Part shown: one piece after another, positions 13,040-21,853 of the stretch
Numbering within the stretch: position 1 is the stretch's first letter
Layout of the letters: every line of letters starts with the position of its first letter
From: Octopus bimaculoides
Taxonomy: Eukaryota
Assembly (NCBI RefSeq): GCF_001194135.2
Contig: NC_068981.1
Coordinates: 106,764,219 to 106,803,118 of the forward strand
Direction: 5' to 3'
DNA length: 38,900 nucleotides
The notes under the pieces: model-generated
Told to the model about the DNA's origin: nothing
The model's input: the letters and a program-made list of their open reading frames with translations, nothing else
Database searches by the model: none
Position numbers and translations under genes: made by a program

Positions 13040-14070
13040 AAAGACAAGATAATTGGCAGTTTGTCTGAGAATGCTGTGATGAAAATCCTGCTAAGACTAC
13101 TGTTTGCTGAAGGGCGAAAGGAGAATTTTTCCCCCGGAGATCCTTTAGATGACAATAATGACTTCTGGAAAACTTTAGAAGCAACTTTAATGAACATTGT
13201 TTTAACACTTCTGTTACTCCTGCTCCTTTGCATATGTTACAAGTTGCTCTATCATCAAGGACAGTTTGAATGTGTTGTAAGCAGCTTTATTACCTCCAGG
13301 TAGTAGAGTGGCCACACTATCTGATGATTCAACTACCACAGCAATTTCTCATGTTTCCTTATTTCAGCCTGCAAGAGATTTATTAGAAAGGCTTTTCTTG
13401 TTCCTCCAGGTATATCAAGAAAAAATATTCCATCTTCTTTGATGTGAATATGTTAATTGGGTCATACTGAAGGCTCTTTTTTTTTTCTTTATCATCAAAT
13501 AGTTTTGGGTCTAAACCCCAGTAGGTGGTTGGTTCTCTTGAGACCAGTCGCTTTGAGACTAGCCATATTTATGCAAGTCTTCTTCATCAATAACAATGAG
13601 AAACATGTTAAAGATGGCTTTACTGAAACTTATGTCAACCTCAGAATTATGTTGCTGTACTTGGTACCTATACTCTTCAGATTGGTCTTAAATTTTAGCT
13701 GGTAATCTACATGTTTTTAATAGAACTGCAAAGAAGCATTGCAAATTTAAAGGTGTTTATGTTGTTGCTTACCACTGATCACTTTGTACCAGGCCTCATA
13801 TAGTTCACTGCATGTAGCACGAACATGACATGAACTTCTACTGTTCAAACAAAGATGGTAAAATGATTTTGGTCTTCTGACTTTATGTAAGAGCATCCTT
13901 AAGTAGAAACATTCTTATTAACTGTGATAGACTGTATAGATTTCTTCACAAAGTGTGATCAAATTTGCCTGCAACTTCCAACTGGAGCACTTTTGTGAGT
14001 CTGTTGTGCATTGGAGTTAGAAATAGTGCATTGCAGCTGTAACATAATACTGACTTGTATGCACAAAATA
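13040..14070 (-). pseudogene. Decayed Helitron Rep/Helicase fragment (pre-helicase region and Pif1-type helicase N-terminal motifs)
   Basis: Minus-strand translation across frameshifts and stops gives Helitron motifs in the expected order: EIYTVYHS**ECFYLRMLLHKVRRPKSF (ECFYLR..PKSF at 13914-13861), DLHKYG*SQ, IFFLDIPGGTRKAFLINLL (degenerate Walker A at 13428-13393), VATLLPGG..AYNTFKL, ATCNICKG, KDLRGKNSPF..TVVLAG, LPII. Confidence 0.85.
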
Positions 14071-14090
14071 CATGCAACCCCCCCCCCCCC

Positions 14091-14115
14091 NNNNNNNNNN
14101 NNNNNNNNNNNNNNN
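14091..14115. other. Assembly gap (25 N) after a poly-C tract
   Basis: C13 at 14078-14090 followed by N25. Confidence 1.
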
Positions 14116-14497
14116 CCACTCACACAGGTATATAAGAATTAATATAAACTTATCTGAATTATTTTTTTCATGTAATTTTATAGTTACTGACCTAACTGAT
14201 AATTTTGTTTTATTTTTAATATTGCTCGTGTTCATTTTTGTCCTTTTTTTTTCCAATTTTAGTTTTGTTGATATTTTACCCCCAAAAAGTTCTTTGCCCA
14301 CTCTCTTTTATTGAATTTATACAAATTACTTTATTTCTTAAATCTCTTTTGAAATGGTATTGGTTTCAATTTGATTTGATTTTACACCAATGTCAAAACC
14401 AAAGCGCAGTTTGTCAGTCATTGTAGTAATTAAGTTAATAGAGCACATTTACTTTTCAACTATAACATTGATCATCACCTGATCTCTCTCTCTTTCT

Positions 14498-14538
14498 CTC
14501 TCTCTCTCTCTCACACACGGAGTGAGAGAGGGAGAGAG
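14498..14538. repeat. (CT)n/(AG)n inverted microsatellite hairpin
   Basis: ctctctctctctctcac-acacgga-gtgagagagggagagag: 17 bp stem with one non-Watson-Crick (U.G) position. Confidence 0.7.
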
Positions 14539-15670
14539 TGTCGAAACAATAATGAAATTTCTCAGCTACAATTAATTTCAATGTATGATGCTCAACAATA
14601 ATGATTATTGGTAAATTTGTTTAGAATTTTATATACGAATTATTTAGAAGCAAAAAGAAAAAGTCATGGAACAACATGAAACTAGGAAATATGTTGGGAA
14701 TGTTAAATCTATTCTTTTATGAATACCATTTGTGATAATGAAATTCCAGTTACCATTTTTTGTTTTGAGAACATAGTTATAACTGGTGGCAAATGTCCTA
14801 AATTTCTGCTGCTGTGATTTCCCCACTTGTTTAATTTCAGAATTCCAGGCTCAGTATACTGTACTGTTAATGGTAATTTAATAAGAATATGCAGTGTAGT
14901 TTTGTGTTCATATGTTTTTGATTTATTTTAAATAATATCAATTTAGACATTTATCAATTTTATGGGTTTACGTGTTTATCAAGAAAGTAGACTTCTTGTA
15001 GAAGTGCTGTTAATTTGTAATGTTGAAGCAATAATTTTCAACCACCACCTCACTCCACCCATGTAAGCAGACACTCTTATCTGCTCATTTTCATGTCACA
15101 TGCAGACTGAGTTAATTGTGTTTGTCTTAAATTTACACATTTGTGATGCATATGGACAAATATTGTAACTTTGCTCGAAGCTTAGTGTGATACTTAATTT
15201 TGAAATCCACTGAAGACAGTGAAACAGGTTGTGCTGAATGCTATAATTATGTAAACCTGATCATAAAATAAATGCCATATACTTAAATGAAACTGCTGCA
15301 GCAGGCTGAGTCAATGGTGTAGTGGTTTGTTAGCTGAAAGGTTGTATCTCATCTTCAGTTGTTGATTTACTATGAACATGATTAAGACACTTTTAAGTAG
15401 CATGGTTCATTTATTGATAAAAAATAGTATACCATGCAGTAGTTGATGTATCAAGTGACAGTGGGGAAGAGATACTAGGTAGATTTCCTAGTCAGAAAAG
15501 CAGAATCCATTGTAATTGGAAAAAAGCAGTGATATAGAAGTGTCTCTGTTAGGAATTTCCTCACCCACAACCTACAACCAACCATGTTGCCTTCTAAGAG
15601 TTTTTGTTTAGCAGCAGCATTATATCAGATACCTATACAGTCCTAAATAGACCATTTCCAATGGTTAGGT

Positions 15671-15810
15671 TTAACCCTTTAGCATTCAGATTACTTTGTC
15701 AAACATAATTCTTGCTTATTCACAATGACAATGTAGAGTAAGTGTAAAAGGCTAGATCTAGCCAGTTTGAACATAAAATAGATATAATATTTGGGTTAGA
15801 TATGGCTAGT
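15671..15810 (+). mobile_element. piggyBac-type MITE, internally deleted and missing its right TIR
   Basis: Begins TTAA-CCCTTTAGCATTCAGATTACT; homologous to 1447-1663. Confidence 0.8.
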
Positions 15811-16035
15811 TTAGCCCTTTAGCATTGAAACTGGCCATATCCGGCCCAAATGTTCTACCTGTTTTATGTTGAAACTGGCCAGATCCAGCATCTCACACCC
15901 ACTCTACAATGTCATTCTAAAAATGGACAGTCATATCATCAAAATCTCTAAGCTACATGATGCAAAATTTATAAAAAACCTTGTAGATATGTACACATTA
16001 TATTTGACAGAGTAATCTGAATATTGAAGTGTTAA
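15811..16035 (-). mobile_element. piggyBac-type MITE, reverse orientation
   Basis: Begins ttag-CCCTTTAGCATTGAAACTGGCCATATCC and ends gagtaatctgaatattgaagtg-TTAA (degenerate TIR). Confidence 0.8.
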
Positions 16036-16300
16036 ATTCTAAAGGTGTTAAAGTGTTTTATGAAACTGAAACAAGCAACTCAGTCTTTGGGATGCAGTTT
16101 GATCATGTTTTATATATCACTTTACATAAGACATCACTAAATATTGTATGGTCAAGTCATTTATAGTAATTTACATGATTTTACATGGATGTTATGTGTA
16201 GGAAGGTTGTAGTGTAGGAGTTTTTCATCAGCTTTGAAATGATAAAATTGTGGATGATAAGGTGTTAGTTTTCACTTTGTAGTAGCTTTCTTGCAAATTG

Positions 16301-16349
16301 TATATGCTGATCATGTGTTTCTAGATTGGAAACACATGATCAGCATGTA
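16301..16349. repeat. 21 bp stem-loop
   Basis: tatatgctgatcatgtgtttc-tagattg-gaaacacatgatcagcatgta: 20 Watson-Crick pairs plus one U.G, 7 nt loop. Confidence 0.95.
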
Positions 16350-16514
16350 GAAAGAGAAATGGAAGAATTTTTTTGAGGATTGGAGTGATCTTTGGAGCCC
16401 ACTGCTTGAGAGTAATAAAAGGGACAGTATTTGGACTAAATTGGGATGATCATCAAAGTTTTCACTTTTTCTAGAAGGAATTACCTGAACAAAAAAGTGA
16501 GTTCTCAGTTATAT

Positions 16515-16576
<62 letters not shown>

Positions 16577-16589
16577 TCATCATCATCAT
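16515..16589. repeat. Compound microsatellite (CA)n(TA)n(CAT)n
   Basis: Read directly; the (CAT)n part is the tail of the adjacent retroposon. Confidence 0.95.
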
Positions 16590-16811
16590 TGTTTAACGTC
16601 TGCTTTCCATGCTAGCATGGGTTGGACGATTTGACTGAGGACTGGTGAAACCAGATGGCTACACCAGGCTCCAATCTGATTTGACAGAGTTTCTACAGCT
16701 GGATGCCCTTCCTAACGCCAGCCACTCAGAGAGTGTAGTGGGTGCTTTTACGTGTCACCCGCACGAAGGCCAGCCAGGCGGCACTGGCAACGGCCACGCT
16801 CAAAATGGTGC
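16575..16811 (-). mobile_element. SINE-like retroposon with (ATG)n tail (family B)
   Basis: Homologous to 3220-3532, and retains more CpGs. Confidence 0.85.
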
Positions 16812-16982
16812 ATATATATATAATTTTTTTTTTTGGCAGCTCTATTCATTTTTGTTCACTGTCAGTTGGGCATGTATTATACAGTAAATCTTTTCATTTC
16901 AGTTCTCTATTTGAGAGACGAGGAATTATGTACATTATTTACATTTGATGGGTATTTGTCCTCATGTTGTTTGTCATTTTGT

Positions 16983-17026
16983 TTGTTGTTTTAGCTGATG
17001 TACTCTACAGCCTTCATCTGGTGTTC
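16983..17026 (-). ncRNA. Degenerate minimal type I hammerhead ribozyme motif
   Basis: Minus strand aacac-cagatga-a-ggctg(tagagtacat)cagct-aaaac: one core mismatch, and GAAA changed to AAAA. Confidence 0.5.
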
Positions 17027-17111
17027 TGGGGGTATTTCAAACCTGGGTTCTCATTTCTAAGGTATTTCTCCGAAGTTATTGTTATTATTATTATTATTAT
17101 TATTATTTAAT

Positions 17112-17173
17112 TCACTGCCTGGAATCGAACTTGGAATCTTGGAGTTAGTAGCTCACGCTCTTAACCACTAGGC
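17112..17173 (-). repeat. tRNA-like (Ile-AAT-like) A/B-box module within the Penelope left arm
   Basis: Minus strand ggcctagtggttaagagcgtgagctactaactccaagattccaagttcgattccaggc; intact B box GTTCGATTC. Confidence 0.65.
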
Positions 17174-17373
17174 CTGTGGGCAATTATGGAGTGAATTTTA
17201 GGGTTTATAAATCTAATATTTTCCTGTCCTTCCTTAATACCGGTTCCCCTATGCTACTCATATCTGCACTAGGTCTGCTTAGGAGGTTATTATGTACTAG
17301 CATATATGCTGCCTCTTTTAGTTTCCGTATTTTCCAGTGGTGTTCTCTGTCTATTATTTTAACTTCATCCTAC

Positions 17374-17640
17374 AGCTGTTATAGGTTATGCAAAGGCGAA
17401 ACATGTCGCCCCCTCAAAATAAGGGTAGAGGAACATCAAAAAGCTGTGACACGAGGAGATATTGATAAATCGGGTATAACTGATCATGTATGGAAAAACG
17501 GCAACCACTTCCGCCTGTAGGATGAAATTAAAATACTAGACAGAGAACACGTCTGGAAAATACGGAAACTAAAAGAGGCAGCACATATCCTAGGACATAA
17601 TAACCTCCTAAGCAGACCTAGTGCAGATATGAGTAGCATT
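17374..17640 (+). pseudogene. Penelope GIY-YIG endonuclease fragment
   Basis: SCYRLCKGETCRPLKIRVEEHQKAVTRGDIDKSGITDHVWKNGNHFRL*DEIKILDREHVWKIRKLKEAAHIL: the Y(K/I)GET-R-L-R-EH..S.I..H and R.LKEA..I pattern of PLE endonucleases, with one in-frame TAG at 17518-17520. Confidence 0.85.
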
Positions 17641-17653
17641 GCCTACTGGCATT

Positions 17654-17718
17654 TGGCATAGTGGTTAAGAGCGTGGGCTACTAACCCCAAGATTCTGAGT
17701 TCAATTCTAGGCAGTGAC
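17654..17718 (+). repeat. tRNA-like (Ile-AAT-like) A/B-box module within the Penelope right arm
   Basis: A box TGGCATAGTGG; gagcgtgggctactaaccccaag resembles the tRNA-Ile anticodon arm (gagcgtggtgctaataacgccaag); B box GTTCAATTC. Confidence 0.65.
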
Positions 17719-17796
17719 CTGAATAATTATAATAATGATAATAATAATGTTAGAAAAATACCTTAGAAATGAGAACCCATGTTTGAAATTCCCCCA

Positions 17797-17843
17797 GGAC
17801 ACTTAATGAAGGCTGGAGAGTACATCAGCTGAAACATTTTGTT
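17797..17843 (+). ncRNA. Degenerate minimal type I hammerhead ribozyme motif
   Basis: ggacac-ttaatga-a-ggctg(gagagtacat)cagct-gaaac-att-ttgtt: stem II and GAAAC present, core CTGATGA mutated to TTAATGA. Confidence 0.55.
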
Positions 17844-17928
17844 AACAAAACAAGATGAGGACAAATATCTGTCAAATGTAAATAATAGGCATTTATTGTT
17901 ATTGCAAAGCACTTCATATATTTGAAAT

Positions 17929-18133
17929 GTAACCCTTTAAAATTCACTCTGGCCATATTTGGCTCAAATATTCTACCTGTTTTATACTCAAACTAGCCAG
18001 ATGTAGCTTCTCACACATATCCTACACTGCTATTCTAGAAATAAAAGAATCACATCAGTAAAATCTCAATGGTGTGAGATAATGCATGATTAAGTTCAAA
18101 ATAATCAGAGTAATCTGAATGCTAAAGAGTTAA
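17929..18133 (-). mobile_element. piggyBac-type MITE, reverse orientation
   Basis: gtaa-CCCTTTAAAATT ... GAATGCTAAAGAG-TTAA; body homologous to 15811-16035. Confidence 0.8.
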
Positions 18134-18454
18134 TCCTACAATATATTCATGTTTCTAATGAGACTTGTAGTGGATACTAATCACATTTTATTTTTTTTTA
18201 TTTCAATAATTAATTTCTGCACAATTCACCTCAGTTTCATTTTTAATATGTTTTAGTTGTTTATGTGTTTTTTTTCCTTGAAAAGTGCTTAATGTTTAGA
18301 AATCAGGAAATCACATTAAGGAAATTAATATAGATGTTGGCCTCCTTGTTAGAATATCTACTTATCTACTCAAATTCTGTTACTGGCAGTTAGCTTTTGA
18401 ATGTAAATACTTCACTCTGTTTTCTTTAGAATATTTACCTAAAAACTGTTGACA

Positions 18455-18845
18455 CAGGCATGGCTGTGTGGTAAGAAGCTCGCTTCCCAACTACATGGTT
18501 CCAGGTTCAGTTCCACTGTGTGGTACCTTGGGCAAGTACTATAGGCTCAAGCCAATCTAAGCCTTGTGAATAGGTTTGGTAGACAGAAACTGAAAGAAGC
18601 CTATCATATATATATATATGTGTGTGTGTGTGCGCGTGTCTTTGTGTTTGTCCCCCATCACAATTTGACGACTGGTGTCAGTGTGTTTACATCTCTGTAA
18701 CTTAGTGATTTTGCAAAAGAGACTGACAGAATAAATACTAGGCTTAAAAAAGTAAGTCCTGGCGTCAGCTTGTGCGGCTAAAGACCCTTCAAGGTGGTTG
18801 GTTCTCCAGCATGGCTGAAGTCAAATGACTGAAACAAGTAAAAGA
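18455..18845 (+). mobile_element. tRNA-derived SINE (family A), full length
   Basis: Head caggcatggctgtgtggtaag with B-box-like ggttcagttcc, core ccttgggcaag, internal (TA)(TG) microsatellite, tail aatgactgaaacaagtaaaaga. Several homologues in the window. Confidence 0.9.
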
Positions 18846-19779
18846 AACAAATAAATCATTTATAATGATACTTAGCTAGGTTTTATGCTGCATGAATATT
18901 CCGAATACAAAACATATTGCTAATAAACTGAATAGTCATATTTCAGAAAAACACTCTCAAGTTTGACTTAGAAACTATTTTTAACTCACTCTAATACAAA
19001 ACTAAGCAAATTTATTTGTAGCAATCCCTATACCATATAGGGCATATTCACTGAAAGAAACCAGAGAACCTAAACATCTAAAATACATATGCCCAGTGGG
19101 TATATGACTTTTTTGGAGATACAATTACTCAATTTATTGATGTCAGTATGTAAATGCCTAAATTTACCATCTTTCAAAACCTGTATCCTGTTTCCCAAGA
19201 TGTTTTTATAATTAAACTTGGTATTCATTGTTCCATCATATAGTCTATGCAACTGTTTTTTAGGTCCTCTTCATTTGTATTTTTTTTTAAAAATATGCTG
19301 GCTATTTAAACTTGTCCCTTGACATCTATTTTTAATGTAAAAATTAAAGCTGTTCTGTGTCTTGATCTCCCTAACCGTATAATAATCTGTTCTTTAAAAA
19401 AAATATTCAAAAGTAAAGCATAACTGACATTGTAAATGTCACACTAGCTGTCAAAAATCAGTTGATTTTATTACTAATTTGTCACCTCATTTATATTTAT
19501 AACTATAAAGTACTAGAGTTAAAATTGCTGGTGTTCTAGTGTGAATGTAAAAAAATTTTGTGAACTCTAACAATTATGTTAATCATACAGTTATTTATAT
19601 TTAACATGAAGTTAGAAAATAATTTTTCTTCCATTTTTCACCCCCTCATTCTGTCTCTAAGTTTTTTGAACACTTTAATATTTCTGTTTACTATGCCTTT
19701 TTCATCTTGTTGCTGTTTCCAAACTTTTGTTTGGGCAGGAAACTTTTTTTGCTATGCTGGTCTGAGAAAAACTACTGTA

Positions 19780-20108
19780 GGTATATGCACTGCTGTGGAG
19801 TTGAAAAAGTTGCTTTGCAACCTTGTGGTGCAATCCCACTGTGTGGTATTTTGGATAAGTGTGCCTCTATTGTAAGAAAGAAAATAATGGGTGGGATTTG
19901 ATTGAAAGGAACTGTATGATTGAAGGGAGCTGTTTGAAAGCCCATTTTGCACGCATGTGTGTGTGTGTGTAACTGTTGCTGTTCCAACAGGTATAAATCA
20001 GTGATTCAATAGCAGTCTGAAATAAGGATTGAGTCAATATGATCAAGTAAAATTCTTGAAGGCAATGCTCCAGTATAGTCAGCCCAGTGACTGAAACAAA
20101 TAAAAGAA
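19780..20108 (+). mobile_element. Heavily decayed SINE (family A)
   Basis: Head-like aagttgctttgcaacc...tcccactgtgtggtattttggataagtg, central (TG)n, tail gtgactgaaacaaataaaagaa. Confidence 0.55.
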
Positions 20109-20289
20109 TTTAAAAAAAAATTCAAACTGGGGAGAGAAAAATATGAATATAAAGTTTGGATTAGTAACAATGTTGGAGTTTGGGATTTAATCCATTTCTA
20201 TGAAAATGGAAGACCTTAATTTACAATTAGTGAACATGTGAAAGGGTAAAGCTGTGAAAATGTGGAAGGCTATAAGCAAACTTACACAA

Positions 20290-20499
20290 ACACACACATA
20301 CATGCACAAGTACATACACAGTATGGGTGCACACACACTCTCCCCCCTCGCTCTCTTTCCATTTACCAAATCCACTCGTAAGGCTTTCATCAGCCTGGAG
20401 CTGTTGCAGAAGACACCTGCCGAAAGTGTCATGCAGTGGGACTGAACCTGGAACCATGCGGTTAGAAAGTGAACTTCTTAACCATACAGCCATATCTGC
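20290..20499 (-). mobile_element. SINE family A, 5' half
   Basis: Reverse complement of head (cttcttaaccatacagccat), core (gaagacacctgccga) and the (CA)-rich middle. Confidence 0.8.
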
Positions 20500-21442
20500 A
20501 TTGCTTATGTAGAAAACATTTTCTTTTTTGTGTGTTAACTAGCAAAGGTACCCAATGTTGTTTAGATATTGTAGCTATTGCATGCCAAAAATCTTAGGAT
20601 GGGAATTTCAGCAAAATTGTCTTGAGCATTTGCTTCATTGTATAGCTTTAGGATAAACAATATTCTTGGCTTTGCTCTTTGGTGTTATGATGAAAAGATA
20701 ATTAGGTTCCTAAATCTTCACCAACATATATATAGTTGACCATGTGAAAAGATAGGATCTGCTGAATTCATTCCATCAACTTTTGATCACTGTCCTTAAT
20801 ATTTATTGGTATTCATGGCAAAGCTGAGTTTGATAACCTTTAACATTCAAATAGCAAATCTGTTGGCTTCAATGGGATTATGGGAATGAAACAACTGTCA
20901 CTAGCAAATTTTCATGATATAATTGTTACTTCTAGAACATAGGGGACATCATATTTTTGATGGTAAGATTTTCCTGTAATTTCATAACTGTATACAACTA
21001 CAAACCACTACAAGCATTGCTGCATCTTAGCTGAGTCTGTTTCATTGCTGCCAATGAATTAAACCTACTGATGAGGTTTCTGGAATAGTGTTCAAAGGCT
21101 ACTCATTAGATGGTACTAATGTCCCTCAACTTTAGAAGGATCACAAGTCTGTCATGTTCCTCACAGCTCTGAATAAGGTCACTTGTATTTATTAAAGTAG
21201 CTGTTGAAATGTCATGTTTCTGATGTATCATTGAGTAGATTCTTGCACTGTACTGCTCATGCCACAGCAGTTTGAATGTCTTCAGCAATTAAATAGGCCT
21301 GTGAAACATCTCCACTTTCTTGAAATCATTGTGCTTTCTTTCATCTGGTTTCTCTAAAGAGGACCATCTGTATGATATCTTCAACATTTTGGGAGTTGAA
21401 ACCCAACACAGTCTTTCCTGTCGCAGCAATGTGTGAATGTGT

Positions 21443-21547
21443 GTTCTGTTTATATTCAAACTGGCCAGATCCAACATCTCACATTTACTCTACAATGGCA
21501 CTCTAAAAATAAACAGTCACATTATCAAAATTTCAAAGCAACAAGAT
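21443..21547 (-). mobile_element. Internal fragment of the piggyBac-type MITE
   Basis: aaactggccagatccaacatctcac...tacaatggcactctaaaaataaacag matches 15860-15950. Confidence 0.7.
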
Positions 21548-21853
21548 ACTCTTTTACTCTTTTACTTGTTTCAGTCATTTGACTGTGGCCATGCTAGAGC
21601 ACCGCCTTTAGTCAAGCAAATCGACCCCAGTACTTATTCTTTGTAAGCCTAGTACTTATTCTATTGGTCTCTTTAGCTGAACCACTAAGTTACGGGGATG
21701 TAAACACACCAGCATTGGTTGTCAATCAATGTTGGGGGGGGGACAGACACACACACACACACACATACATACATATATATATATACGACAAGCTTCTTTC
21801 AGTTTCCGTCTACCAAATCCACTCACAAGACTTTGGTCGTCCTGAGGCTATAG
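21548..21853 (-). mobile_element. SINE family A, 5'-truncated
   Basis: (tactcttt)2 tail, ttgtttcagtcatttgactg, microsatellite, cttctttcagtttccgtctaccaaatccactcac; tRNA head absent. Confidence 0.9.

Larger units (their letters stand above)
16899..17886 (+). mobile_element. 5'-truncated Penelope-like retroelement with inverted 5' duplication
   Basis: Left arm (~16930-17375) is the reverse complement of the right arm (~17515-17886). The spacer and right arm encode a GIY-YIG endonuclease C-terminus. Both arms end in a hammerhead-like pLTR motif. Confidence 0.85.

Noticed and set aside
13018-13705. ORFs 13061-13303 (+), 13457-13705 (+) and 13018-13233 (-) as host exons
   Set aside because: They overlap the minus-strand Helitron fossil, whose motifs lie mostly in other frames.
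15420-15660. SSDSGEE...EFLFSSSII, loosely like a piggyBac N-terminus, next to a MITE
   Set aside because: Similarity too weak and no DDD motifs.
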